From the NCBI GenBank assembly GCA_009914755.4, contig CP068257.2, positions 16,160,001 through 16,224,000 on the forward strand: a stretch of DNA of 64,000 bases. The letters run 5' to 3'. The notes beneath the pieces were generated by a model that was not told the DNA's origin, did no database searches, and was given only the letters and a program-made list of their open reading frames with translations. The translations under genes were made by a program, and so were the position numbers. This document shows, one piece after another, positions 1-15,316 of the stretch (positions are counted from its first letter, which is position 1; each line of letters opens with the position of its first letter). This DNA is from the human T2T-CHM13v2.0 reference genome, Homo sapiens.

Positions 1-254
1 AATCAGGTGATACTTTTGAGGAGCTGAGTTATAATAATTTCCAAACCAGTCCAACCAAGATTGTACTACAACTTGCTTGCTAATACAAGTTTTGAAGGCC
101 AACGTAATTGACTTCCTATTATAAAAACATCTTTAAGATACTTCAAAGATATCCATGTCACTTTTTTTTAAATCATAAAGTCATTATTAGAGAACCAAGA
201 CCTTAATTGGCAACCAAAAGTCTTAATCTTATTTTTTTTTAAAGTATGGGTTTC

Positions 255-1211
<957 letters not shown>

Positions 1212-1529
1212 GGGTTTCTTCTCACTAGAGGCTATTTAGAAATGTATATAGGCTGTATTTCTGTATGAATAGTAGTATTTTAAAAAGCTGTTCCTATTCA
1301 ATAATTTTATTTTTCTTTTATCTTTTCCCATTTTATCTGAGTTTTTATACTATTATTCTGTACTTTGAAACCCTCCCTCTAACCCATCTGGCATGCTATC
1401 CCCATCTCTATCCTTTAAGTTCCTCTTTAAAATAAATTGCTTTAAGAAAACTTGGTTAAATCCATCCTAAAAGTGCAAAGACTACTCAAATGTTTAGATG
1501 TTTAGCTCTAGTTGCCATCATTACTCTTA

Positions 1530-1846
1530 TTTTTTTGAGACGGAGTCTCGCCTTGTTGCCCGGGCTGAAGTGCAGTGGTACAATCTCAGCTCACTGCAAC
1601 CTCTGCCTCCTGGGTTCAAGCTATCATCATACCCCAGCCCCCCAAGTAGCTGGGACTATAGGCACGCACCACCACACGTGGTTAATTTTTGTGTTTTTAG
1701 TAGAGATGGAGTTTCACCATGTCAGCCAGGCTGGTCTCAAACTCCCCACCTCAGGTGACCCACCTGCCTCAGCCTAGCAAAGTGCTGGGATTACATGTGG
1801 CGTGTAATCCTGGGATCACAGTGGCGTGAGCCACTGTGCCTGGCCC
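1530..1846 (-). mobile_element. Alu SINE
   Basis: Reverse-complement Alu consensus beginning with poly-T and ending 'gtgagccactgtgcctggcc'. Contains a small internal duplication of 'gctgggattaca'. Confidence 0.9.
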
Positions 1847-2538
1847 ACTGTTACCCTTTTAAAAGAATGATTAGATTGTGTTTAATTCACCAATTGTAGG
1901 AACAATTTTTTTTCGTAACAAAAATAATACTCCAAATGGCACTAAAAAACCCCACGAATATCAAAATGCTTAAAGTTCTACCACATGTCCCATGATCCTC
2001 TGCTTTTACCCCTAGCCTCTTGAGGAAGACTTGATTTATAACTTGGTAGTAATAAGTAAGCTAGGCAATCTTTTCCTGATGATTCACCAGCTGGTCCTGT
2101 CAAATAGCACTGTCTCTCAGCTGTCTATGCTGATGCTGAATGCCTTTATACTTCACACATTCTTGAATCATGTCATCTGACTCCCTCACACTTTTTGTGG
2201 TCAATTAGACTATATGTTGAATTGGATTACATATTCCATTTCCCAACCAAAGGACTGGCTTTACATAACTTGGTGCTCCACAGGGAGAGCAAATATAATA
2301 CAACCATCAGTGGATGTGAAGTTGTAATATGCATTATCACATCAGTAGGAGATTGGAAAGCACTAAGAAAGCAAGCACTCCAACCTTTACCTCAAACTTA
2401 GAGCAGAATTAGGGAACTGGGAGTATGGGTTTGCTAAATGGTGGGCTTATGTGTTCTTTCTTGATGTTTAAATAAGGCAAAAAAATTAAGTGTCCAGTTG
2501 TTAACATGCTGTGAAAAAATTTTAAGCACACTGCCTTA

Positions 2539-2891
<353 letters not shown>

Positions 2892-4667
2892 GTTTTTTAT
2901 GGAGGCTCACATTTGGCACAGCCTAAGTAATTTTCCAAGAGTAAAGGTGTTTTTCTTTTTGTGATGATCTTATCTTGGATGCTAAGAAACGGGGTACAGG
3001 TACTTGAATATGTATGTGTTGTCCATATTAAGAAACAGTAATCTTGTGCTTCAAGCAAGTGTTCACTGTAAAAATGGGAGGGTAGCCAAATTCCATGTTA
3101 TTAGGAAAGACAATGGATGAAAATGTTACTTGTTTCTGAGGCGCAGACAACCATTCCTGATAAAAGGAATAAAGGAAAAGCCCTGTGGGTAGAAGTGGCA
3201 CTCCCACGGACTGAAAGCTGGATCCACACTACAGGTAAGTTTTGTTTAGCCCACAAATATTTTAAAGAGAAAAATTAAAAACAAAATGAGAGGATCTGAC
3301 AGGAACTGGCTGCTGAACTGGGTATGTGCTCTTCAATTCCAAATAGTTCTTATTATTTCCTTAATGAAAGCACTTGTACCTGTGACCCTGCAGGCTCCAA
3401 ATCCATGTCCGGTCACCTGTACTGTACTGAGACTAGGCTGGATTGCTGCAGTGTAAATACTACTTGCCCCAGTGATGATTTTGTGCTCAATTCGACTAGA
3501 CTACCATGCATTTGATGAGCAAGCAGTAGCCAAGCCATAATTCAGGAAGTTATTACCATTATTATCTATTGCCAAGCACTGCCACTGAGTGGGAGGATGC
3601 TCAGTTTGTCTATCCTGTCATGTGACCAAGGCAGAAGATTAGACTAAAAGTGGGAAGGCAAGGATGAATAGTTGGAGTATCTACTTCCCACAAAAGGACA
3701 GGCTTCTGCCTCTTAAAATTTTTATCAGTTGTCCTAGGTGTCTTAGAAAGTACTGTGATAAAGAGTACCTCATTTCCTCACCCTCATGCCTTTAGCTAAA
3801 TCAGGAGCCACTTAAATGACTAAATAGTCTGCCATATTCAAGTACCCAACATACCGTTTAAAAGTAAAAGGTAACTGCTTATCTCTGCCTTGGTAGCAGA
3901 TAGAATATTGGCAACCACATGAAGCCAACATACAGATGGGTTCAGAAACTTGCTTCCGCACATTTTGAGAATTACTGCCCTAAAGAAAGATTTATCAACA
4001 GGTGGCCTTTAGATGGCAGATTTCAGCTTAGAGATGTGCATGCCATTTTAAAGTTCCTGTGTGTGCTAAGGATTAAAACAGTTAATCAAAGCAGCTTAAT
4101 CTAATAAATGAATTGTAAAGGAAAATTTCAATGAGCTAAGAGTTCAGAGAGACAATGATAAACCTCACCCTCAACCTAGGAGGCCAGAGCAGAACTGAGA
4201 TCTTTTACTGATAGATGTATACATTGCAAATGACTTGTCAAAAATAAAACCTCTCTCAGTGAATTCTACTTTTTCATTCTAACAGTTGGAAAGTTGGGGA
4301 AACACACCTACATAACAACTGTTTATTACTAAAAAGGCACAAAACTAATCCAAACTCAATTCTACTCCTTAATGTAGCTACCTGTTTTTTAACAGCAACG
4401 CCCAACAGAACTTTCTGTGATGATGGACAAGTTGTATGTATAACTGAGCTATGCAATAAGGTAGCCAGTAGCCACAAATGGCTATTTAGCATCTGAAATG
4501 TAGCTAGTCTGACTGAAGAACTAAAGTTTTAATTTTAATTTAAATGAATTCAATGTGGCTAGGCTACTGAATTGGACAAGGCAGCTTGTCCATAGGTAAC
4601 TAAGCAAAAGGGTACTTGGAAAGAGAACATGGATAGAAGCTATCACCATTTCTTTTAAAACCGTAAT

Positions 4668-4978
<311 letters not shown>

Positions 4979-5914
4979 TGATATATTAATATGGGATATT
5001 ACACTCACAACAGTACGATATAGAAAGGTAAATTTGTTTTTCTGGTAAAGTAAATCAAATTTGGACTATAAGGTTTAATTAACATTATGTTACAAAAAAT
5101 TTTAAGCCAATAATCCAATGGACCCAAGTAACCCTCTACTTGTTCCATATTCCCCTAAAGGATTTAAGTGAATGTACTGACATTTATTCTAAAAAAATTT
5201 TTCTGCATAAAATTGTCATAAGACATCTAAAAAGCTATTCAAATTAACTGTAATTGAATTACTAGTTTTAAATATCCACTTACATGGGGCATATGGAGAC
5301 ACCAACTTACAGCAAAACAAAAACACAACAAAGTTTCCTAATGATAGACAAGGGTAAAAAGATGTTACTTAAACAAAAGATAGCCTTAAAAATGCCTTCA
5401 TAATAATAACCAGATGAATGAGGGCACACTATTATGACAAAGCAAATTTAAGGTTTGAAAGCAAGAAATGTGATAACTCTGTCTCTCTGCCTTTCATCTC
5501 CTCAACTGCCGCCTGCTCCACTTAAGTTCTGAGAAAGTGATCTATGTTCTTACAAACAAGACATCAGACTTTGAAAATTACCATAACACGAACCTGCTTA
5601 CTGCCTAGATAGCTAGGTGATCGCTGGTGAGAGCAAAAGAGGGTGGCAAATTAGAGGGCACGAAGAATAGTTGGGAGGAGAAATAAGAGACCCTAAATGA
5701 ACTGCTCTTTAAAGAACTATGGCTTAAGGAAAAAAGGGAAAAGTTTTTTTCCTTGACTTTTTCTTTTAAAATGGGAGACATGAACATTTCTGATATGCTA
5801 ATCATTCTTTTGGCCAATCTGCCAGGTTACATAGAAAATAACTGTAGGTTGCCAAGCTGATGAGTTAGTAAAAAAAAATGGAGGAGAGGGTAAATAGATG
5901 AATTAAGAGGGGGA

Positions 5915-6298
<384 letters not shown>

Positions 6299-6481
6299 CT
6301 ATATTCACTCTTAACTGAGAATTGAGATCTCCCAGAATATCTATGACTGATATTTATCCAATACACTTTGTTAATAAATAACCTGGTAATCTAAAACTGA
6401 CTTTTCTGGAGAACTTTCTAATATGTAGGAATTATATTTTATCTATACTGTATTTATTCTACTGTGTAGTAGAAATAAAAT

Positions 6482-8542
6482 TGATATGGTTTCGATTTGT
6501 GTTCCCACCCAAGTATCATGTCAAATTGTAATACGCAATGTTGGAGGAGGGCGCTGGTAGGAGGTAACTGGATCATGGGAGCAAACTTCCCCCCTTGCTG
6601 TTCTCATGATAGTGAATCTCACAAAATCTGGTTGTTTAAAAGTGTGTAACACCTCCCCCTTCTCTCACCATGTAAGATGTGCCTGCTCCCCCTTCACCTT
6701 CTGTCATGATTGTAAGTTTTCTGAGGCCTCCCCAGCTATGCTTCCTATACAGCCTGTGGAACTGTGACCCAATCTCAGGTAGTTCTTTATAGCAATGCAA
6801 GAACCAATACAGAAAATCAGTACTGGGAATGGGGCATTGCTATAAAGATACCTGAAAATGTGGAAGCGACTTTGTAACAGGATAATGCGCAGAGGTTGGA
6901 ACAGTTTGGAGGGCTCAGAAGAAGATAGGATGATAATGGAAACTTCGGAACTTCCTAGACACTTGTTAAATTGTTGTGCCTAAAATGCTGACAGTGATAT
7001 GGACAATGAAGTCCAGTAGTAGGTAGTCTCAGATGGAGATGATAAATTTATTGGGAACTGGGGTAAAGGTCACTCTTGCTATGCTTTACCAAAGAGACTG
7101 GTGGCATTATACCCCGGTCAAGGGATCTGTGGACCTTTGAACTTGAGAGTGATGATTTAGGCTATCTGGTGGAAGAAATTTCTAAGCAGTAAAGTGTTCA
7201 AGATGTGGCCTGGCTGCTTCCAACAGAGTATGGTCATATATGTGAACAAAGAGATGATCTGAAACTGGAACTTATATTTAAAAGGGTATAAGACTTCAGA
7301 AAATTTGCAGCCTGACCATGTGGTAGAAAAGAAAAGCTCATTTTCTGGGGAGGAATTCAAGCCAGCTGCAGTAAAGAGGAGCTAAATAGCCAAAACAATG
7401 GGGAAAATGCCTTGAAGGCATTTCAGAGACCTTTGTTGCAGCCCTTCCCATCACAGGCCCAGAGGCCTAGGAGGAAAGAATGGTTTCATGGCCTGGGCCC
7501 AGGGCCCTGCTGCCCTGCGCAACCTTGAGACACTGCTCATGTCCCAGCCACTTCAGCTCCAGCCATGGCTAAAAGGGCCCAGGATATGTCTCAGGCCTCT
7601 GCTCCAGAGAGTGCAAGCTGTAAGCCTTGGGGGCTTCCACGTGGTGTTAACCCTGCAGGTGTGCAGAGGGCAAGAGTTGAGGCTTGGGAGCCTCTACCTA
7701 GATTTCAGAGGATGTATGGAAATGCCTGGATGTCCAGGCAGAAGTCTGCTGCAGGGGTGGAGCCCTCATGGAGACCATCTACTAAGGCAGTGCAGATGGG
7801 AAATGTGGGGTTGGAGCCCCCACAAAGAGTCCCCATTGTGGCACTGCCTAGTGGAGCTGTGGGAAGAGGGTCACCGTCCTCCAGACTCCAGAATGCTAGG
7901 CTAGATTCACTGACAGCTTTCACTGTGCACCTGGAAAAGCTGCAGGCACATAACCCCAGTTTGTGATGTAACCTCACTGTATCTTGGAAGTAACTAACTT
8001 GTTTTTTAGAGGCTTATAGACAGAAAGGACTTGCTGTCTCTCAGATGAGACTTTGGACTGTGGACTTTTGAGTTAATGCTAAAATGAATTAAGTCTATGA
8101 GGGACTGTTCATAAGGGTGATTGTATTTTGCAATGTGAGGAGGACATGAGATTTGGGAGGGGCCAGGGACAGAATGATATGGTTTGGATTTGTGTCTCCA
8201 CCCAAATCTCAGGTTAAATTGTAATCCCTAATATTGGAGGAGGGGCTTGGTGGGAGGTGATTAGATCACGGGGGCAGACATCTCCCTTGCAGTTCTCATG
8301 ATAGTGACTTCTCACAAGATATGGTTGTTTAAAAGTATGTAGCACCTTCTTCTTCTCTCTCTCTTCCTCCTTCTTTGGCCATTAAGACATTCCTTCACCT
8401 TCTGGTATAATTGTTAAGTTTTCTGCGGCCTCCCCAGCCACGCTTCCTGTACAGCCTGCAGAGCTGTGAGAAGATTAAACCTCTTTCTTCATAAATTACC
8501 CAGTCTCAGGTAGTTCTTTATAGCAGTGTGAGAACTAACACA
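6482..8542 (+). mobile_element. Complete THE1/MST-type MaLR retrotransposon (5' LTR, internal region, 3' LTR)
   Basis: Two same-orientation LTRs of about 330-370 bp at 6482-6812 and 8175-8542. Both start 'tgatatggttt.gatttgtgt.cccacccaa' and end '...attacccagtctcaggtagttctttatagca.tg..agaac.aa.aca'. They flank about 1.36 kb of MaLR internal sequence. Total length of about 2.06 kb is typical for THE1. Confidence 0.75.
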
Positions 8543-11500
8543 ATAATGAAAATGTTGATTTATCAGGATAAATGGAAAATAATTTGTTCAGCCAAATTAA
8601 CATGGTCAAAATTATGAAGGATATTAAGTAAAAGAAATGTTCTCAAAGTAAACAGTAATATAAAAACTTTAAAGTATTTTCTACTGTCTAAAATACTTAA
8701 AGATACTGAAGATCCTCTTTAATATTTGAAGATAGCAGTATAGAAGTATGAATGAAGGAGTATTCCATGTTAATCTTGAAACACTCCTCCCAAATAACAC
8801 AACCAGATTTCCTCAATGTATGGGCTCTAATTTTCAAAACAGAGTAGCAATTATCATTCATTAAGTTCATGGTAGATATTATTCCACCAGTATACGTTTA
8901 GGACAGATATTAAAAATGTCATTAAGTATATTTGTATAGCACTTCAGAAACTGGAAGGTGCTTTTAGTGTCTATTATACTTCATAGTGGCAAATAATCCT
9001 TTATTACATTCCAATATGCTATATAATTTATTTATTCTATTGTCTTTTTCCTCCTCTCATGTAAGCCTCATGATTTTGGGGATTTGTTTATTTTTGCTAA
9101 CTCCATTATCTCTAGCTACTAGAGAATTTCTGACACTTAGTAGTTGCTCAGTTAGTATTTATTGAAGGAATATGTTTAAAATTATGGTGAAATCAACCAC
9201 AGCGCTTTCATTTTGAGATTCAGATTTATGGGTACACACAAATCATTATTTTGCCTTACTGTTGTACAACTCAGACAGTAACAGCAAAGAGCTACCAGAA
9301 ATAAGATACATTAATTGAAAATTATTTATAAACAGCAGACACTGTCCCCTTGTTAAAACGATAAATCCAAAGCTCAGAGTTTAATGGGTTTATTCTCCTT
9401 ATCAAATTCCTAACAGATGGTATGACAAATTGAATTAGAATAATGTAAATTCACTCCAACCAGAACTGTGGTTAACATTTTGATAACTCTGCAACTTTAC
9501 TTAGCTACTTTGATTTCAATCACTCATACATTTTTCATGTCTTGCCTTATTTAAAATTCACATTTAATGCTCATTTCCCATAATATAGTGATTAAATGTA
9601 ACAGCAAAATCACCTTCCAACCTCTAAGTGCTATACAAATATAATTATAGTTTTTAATTTATATTCGGTAATAAACATGGAAAAATTTTTCTTAAGTTTT
9701 AATTTTGAACTGTAAACAGAGGAACAGTATTTCTAAATATGTTCTAAATATTTCTAAAATGTTCTATTGACATAGTTAGTTTAATGCTCCTTATCTTCTA
9801 AAATTCAGAAACTAGGAAGTTCAACATTAATGAACACTTTCTTTTCTCTCAGGTTGTCCCAGCATCAGCTATTGAGGCTGATAAGCAAAAGGGAGCTGCT
9901 ATGCAATTTCAGGATTGGTGCCGACATCTTCACCTGTGCTCACACTGTCTGCTTCCACTCACTCATAATCCTGTTCTCTCTCTTGAAAGAAAGGCTAATT
10001 AGGATAAATATGCTAGTCTGCCTTACTTGGATGGTGAAAGAACAGAGAGCAGTGTTAGAATCACTGTTTCATTACCAGCTGACATCTGCATGGTTCTTCT
10101 GGGTAAGGACCAGCAACAAGACTGTCTTGTGTGTGTCCTTTTTCTTCCTAGCTCCTCCCATCTCTCTGATTAACACCAATCCAATAAAAATTTCTCAAAA
10201 CTATATTATGTTGGCATATTATTGTTTGTTTAGATTACAATCTATATGGAAATTGCATCACCCCACTCTCTTAGGTCATCAGAAATGAGTATTTTTGGCT
10301 ATTCCACAGAATGTGTATTCATTAAATATCGTGAGTAGAAATTATTTAAAAATTAAGCATGTCTTAGGACCTAAACTTTAGTCCTTGCTTGAATATTCAC
10401 ATTTGTGTAATTCATTTCCAATCTTGCCTAAAAGTTACTTAATAGCTCCTAAATTCCTAAGAGTCCATGTCATTTTCTTTGGAAGCATAAATTTAGGCAC
10501 CTGGACATTTTGGAATCAGAGACCCTTGGTCTCTAACCTTTGTGATTTTTGGAATAGTTACCCAGACTCTCTACTCACTTTCCTTATTCATCAAACTGGG
10601 ATAACACAGAACCTACTTCATATAGTTGTATTAAGAATAAAATTAAAAACTGTATGTAAAGTGTACAATACCTGGTAAATAATATCCAACTATTATTTAG
10701 ATAAGAGACTTACCTAAAAGTATAAATTCCCTAAATATTTACTGAGCATAAGGTGGACTAGTTTCTTCCAACTAGAGGGTGACACTTCACTTCCTCTAAA
10801 GTAGAGATAAATCTATCTTTGTCTTCTTTCTTCACAGGCCATTATTATTTGCATGTAATAAGAAAAATTACACTTTTAGCGTCTATTATACTTCATAAAG
10901 GCAAATAATCGTTTCTGGAGAGGTGATGTCTCTTTATCAGTTTTCCAGTAACAGTTACTGTAAGTTATTTCAACATAAAAACTGTATCTTTGAGAATATT
11001 TTTGATCCAAGTAGTAGAGACTTTCAATCTAGATTTAAGCTGTTTTCATATAGCTGATAAAACATTTCTTTTCATCTCTGTTAGACTATTGGGATAAATG
11101 AACTATGACTCTGAAACAGAAAGTCATTTCTATGTATTCTAATAAATCATTTTAATTTATAATTATGATATTCTTATTAACAGGATATTCTGGGTTATAT
11201 ACTCTGCTTGTTTTCAACTTTAAATCACTGATTTAAAAGAACACATTTTTATCAATGACTTAAAAAGCACTCAAGATCATCATTATGAACATATATATAC
11301 TCCTCTGTTGCAGAGGAAATATCCTCACAACCAAAATTTATGTGTGATCTAAATTTTAAACGCACCCTAGACACCCTAATAAAGTTAGGCAGGAGGAAAA
11401 AAAAATGAGGCTACCATCAATAGGACAGGTATAAAAGTCTGGAAACCAGCTCCTCATATATGGGTTGTTAGTTAAATCACAAGTCTTTACCAGATATTGT

Positions 11501-11702
11501 TAGCCTAGTTTCAATGATTTTTCTTTAAAAATATTCTATTATTTAAACTTATCACCAATTAAGCCTACTTTCACTCTCACCCATCCCTACTCCTGTTCAA
11601 ATAAAGTATTACTACCAGAGCCATTTTTAAAGTGTTCAAACTAAATGATATTAAAAGGAAGTTAAGAAAAAAAAATAACCTTGAGCTTTTATTTTCAAGT
11701 TG

Positions 11703-12388
11703 CTATGGTGTGAATGTGTCCCTCAAAGTTCATGTTTTGGAAACAATCCTTAAAGCAACAGTGTTGGGAGGTGGGGTCTAATAGGTGATTAGGTAATGAG
11801 GGCTCTGACCAAATGAATGAAGCAATGTCATTATTGTAGGAGTGGGTTAGTTATCTTCAGATAACTTTTGTAAGAAACCACTGTTGGCCGGGCGCGGTGG
11901 CTCACGCCTGTAATCCCAGCACTTCGGGAGGCCGAGGTGGGTGCATCACGAGCTCAGGAGATCGAGACCATCCTGGCTAACACGGTGAAACCCCGTCTCT
12001 ACTAAAACTACAAAAAATTAGCCAGGCATGGTGGTGGGCGCCTGTAGTCCCAGCTACTCAGGAGGCTGAAGCAGGAGAATGGTGTGAACCTGGGAGGCGG
12101 AGCTTGCAGTGAGCCGAGACTGCACCACTGTACTCCAGCCTGGGTGACAGAGCGAGACTCCATCTTGGAAAAAAACAAAAAAAAACAAACAAAAAAAATC
12201 CACTTTTGTTATAAAAGTGAGTTTAGCTCTCTCTTGACTTCCTGCCTTCTGCCATGGGATGATGCAGCATGAAGACCCTTGCCCAAATGCAGGGCCCTCA
12301 ACCGCCAGAACTAAGAAATAAATCTGTGTTCTTTATAAATTACCCAGTCTCAGCTATTCTGTTATAGCAGCTCAAAATAGACTAAGAT
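11703..12388 (+). mobile_element. MaLR LTR (MST/THE1-like) split by a young Alu
   Basis: 'tgtgaatgtgtccctcaaagttcatgttttggaaacaatcc ... gtgttgggaggtggggtctaataggtgattaggtaatgagggctctg' before the Alu. '...ctgccttctgccatgggatgatgcagcatgaag ... ataaattacccagtctcagctattctgttatagcagctcaaaatagactaag' resumes after it. Confidence 0.6.
11886..12199 (+). mobile_element. AluY-like SINE inserted into the MaLR LTR
   Basis: Near-consensus AluY with CpGs retained ('ggccgggcgcggtggctcacgcctgtaatcccagcacttcgggaggccgaggtgggtgcatcacgagctcaggagatcgagaccatcctggctaacacggtgaaaccccgtctctactaaaa'). Long A-rich tail. Approximate duplication 'aaccactgtt / ccacttttgtt'. Confidence 0.9.
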
Positions 12389-12964
12389 AAGTATATTAAA
12401 GATCACCAAGCTAAAGTTCAGAATTCCCATTAGGCTTTATACTTCAAAGTGCAACTTTTAGTTAATACATGATGTTTGCCATTACAGGATGGGAAATGAG
12501 AAAGAGGCTAATGCCAGATTGAATTAGCTCTTTACAGCTTCCTGATCACAAGTGGTGGGGCCCCTTACTTAAGTGGAAAAAAGTTAGTGTCAGAAGCAGG
12601 ACATAGAGGAACAGTTTATGTTCCCTTCGAGTAATAAACAACCAGTTCTAACTTCCAAACCAAATCAAGAATTTCATATTGAGATTCAAATTGGTCCCTG
12701 ACTACTGACCACAAACAGTATATGGTAAAGACACGGAGAATCAAGGAACAGTAAGATTAAACATAGACACTAATTCATCTACGACTTAACCAAGATTACA
12801 GATTTTTCTTGTTGGAAAGATTGCTAAGGAGCTGACTTTGGGTCTCCTTCTAGAATGGTTCTAGAAAGAACTAACTGAAAGTAATCCAAGAGGCTCTACA
12901 CAGAGAGCAGCCAGATACATACTTACTCATCAACTAGCAAGGTCAACTTACACTGAAAACTTTG

Positions 12965-13200
12965 TTTGGTACAGACTGAATGTCTCTTATCTGAAATACT
13001 TGAGACCAGAACTGTTTCAAATTTCAGATTTTGGAATATTTGTATTATACTTACTGGTTGAGCATTCCAAATAACAAAAATCTGAAATCTGAAATGCTCC
13101 AATGAGCATCTCCTTTGAGCATCATGTAGGTGTTCAAAAAGTTTTAGATTTTTGATTTTGAATGCTCAACCTGTGTAACAGGAATTGGTCCAATCTTATA
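12965..13200. mobile_element. Palindromic non-autonomous DNA-transposon relic (MITE, Tc1/mariner- or hAT-derived MER type)
   Basis: Inverted repeats 'ggttgagcattccaaataacaaaaatctgaaatctgaaatgctccaa' and 'tttagatttttgattttgaatgctcaacc', plus an upstream partial copy 'gaaatacttgagaccagaactgtttcaaatttcagattttggaatatttg'. Confidence 0.4.
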
Positions 13201-13209
13201 AAAAAGTTT

Positions 13210-13380
13210 TAGCTAGGTGTAAGGTGATACACACCTGTAATCTCAGCTTCCTGGGAGACTGAGGTGGGAGAATTGCTCGAGGTCAGCCTAAGCAACATAG
13301 TGAAACCCTTATTTTAATAAAATGAAGAAAGGAAAAAAAGCTAAACAAAGCTAAGCTAGCTTAAAAAAAAAAGGTTTTTT
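13210..13380 (+). mobile_element. Free left Alu monomer (FLAM-like) with A-rich tail
   Basis: 'ggtgatacacacctgtaatctcagcttcctgggagactgaggtgggagaattgctcgaggtcagcctaagcaacatagtgaaaccc' followed by A-rich sequence. The right Alu arm is missing. Confidence 0.5.
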
Positions 13381-13801
13381 TTCCTCTATGGAAAAGAAAG
13401 CAAGCCAATTATAGGAAGAGAGAAATGCTCTAAGAATTATTTGTACACTATTTTGGCACAAGATGAAAACTGATAGTATGAACCAACAGTATTGAAACCC
13501 TGGATCTCTTCCTGCTTAGGTCTCACTTTGGGCTTTGTTACCTTACAGTTGAGTTTCATTACTAGCTCCTGACCACCCTGGGCTGCCTTCCTCTTTGCCA
13601 TTCCTTAGGGAATGGTAGTGAGTTGGTCATTAAATATCTTTAGAGATTTTAGCAATTTGAACTATGATGCATATTAGAGTATTTGATCACTAATATGTAT
13701 GAAAAAGTTCATAGTGTCTTAGGGTCAAGGCTGTAAGTATTTAGGAAGTTTATGCACCTGTCTTCTAATCTGAGAAGCAGACAATTTATTTTAATGGTGA
13801 A

Positions 13802-14220
13802 TTAGTCCATTCTTGCACTGCTATAAAGAAATACCTGAGACAGGGTAATTTATAAAGAAAAGGGGTTTAACTGGCTCACAATTCCGCAGGCTGTACAAGA
13901 AGCATGGTAGCATCAGCCTCTGCGGAGGCCTCAGGGAACTCACAATCAGGGCAGAAGGCAAAGAGGGAGCCAGCACCTCAACTGACTAGAGTAGGAGGAA
14001 GAGAGTGAGGGGGGGAGGTGCTACACACTTTTAAACAACCAGATCTCATGATAACTCACTCACTGACTATCATGAGAACAGCACTGAGGGGATGGTGCTA
14101 ACCCATTCATGTGAATTCCGCCTCCATGATCCGATCACCTAATACCAGTCTCTGCCTAGAACACTGGGGATTACATTTCAACATGAGATTTAGGTGGGGA
14201 CACAGATCCAAACCATATCA
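13802..14220 (-). mobile_element. Solo THE1/MST-type MaLR LTR
   Basis: Reverse complement of the LTR consensus: starts 'ttagtccattcttgcactgctataaagaaatacctgagacagggtaatttataaag' and ends '...acatgagatttaggtggggacacagatccaaaccatatca'. Confidence 0.7.
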
Positions 14221-15023
14221 AATGGTGAAGCATAGGTTAAAAAAAAATCAACCTTGTGAACATTAAAAAATATCTGAGTCCTCAAAGTGTGTTTCTCAGG
14301 TCCTTAAAGCATATCACCTGTGGCTTGGAAGTACATAAAATGTAGGCTCCTCTTTCTTTTTCATTATTGTAAAGTCAGAGAAAAAGCCAACTTAGAGCCA
14401 TGCCCACAGTACAAAATCTGTTCAACAAGATTAGATTGTCTTTTGTTATTTCTTCCTTCCTTTGTCTTCATTTTATAAACGTATGCATGCACACAGCTTT
14501 TAAACAAGAGGCTAATTGATTAGGAAACCAGTGTTGATTTGATGTAAGCAACAATCCAAAAAGTAGAAAATATTATTATTGTTTACTACAAATGTATGGA
14601 CTCAAAACTAGCTTAACTGTTATTATTCCTCAAGAGAATTTATTTTTACTCAGCCTCTTCTCGGAGAAGAGTGCTTTAGACCAAAGCTAGCAATTATAAA
14701 GCTAAGAAATCAGGCAACTGCAATACTACCAAACTACAAAAAATTTACACTAAACTAGTAAAGTTAAATGTCATTTTTAAAAAGCCCCTCTTACATTCTA
14801 GTCTATTGACAGGCATTGTGTTGGGAACTTGGTAGAGGAAAGAAAACTTCAAAAATATTTTAAAAGATTTACCGACAACAAATATACCTTGTTATTTTTC
14901 TAGTATGTAATTATTATTATGACTTTTTTCCCCCACTGATTTCTAAAGACCCGTATACTGATATAAAAACTAAAATTTTGTGCAATTCAAGATCCTCATT
15001 TCCCTCCTCTTTTCTAAAATAAT

Positions 15024-15316
<293 letters not shown>

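Noticed and set aside
7488-7977. ORFs of 138, 133 and 90 aa in the interior of the MaLR element, with a similar one at 23970-24179
   Set aside because: This is repeat-internal sequence shared between the two MaLR copies (…QMGNVGLEPPQRVP…). It is degenerate retroelement sequence, not a host gene.
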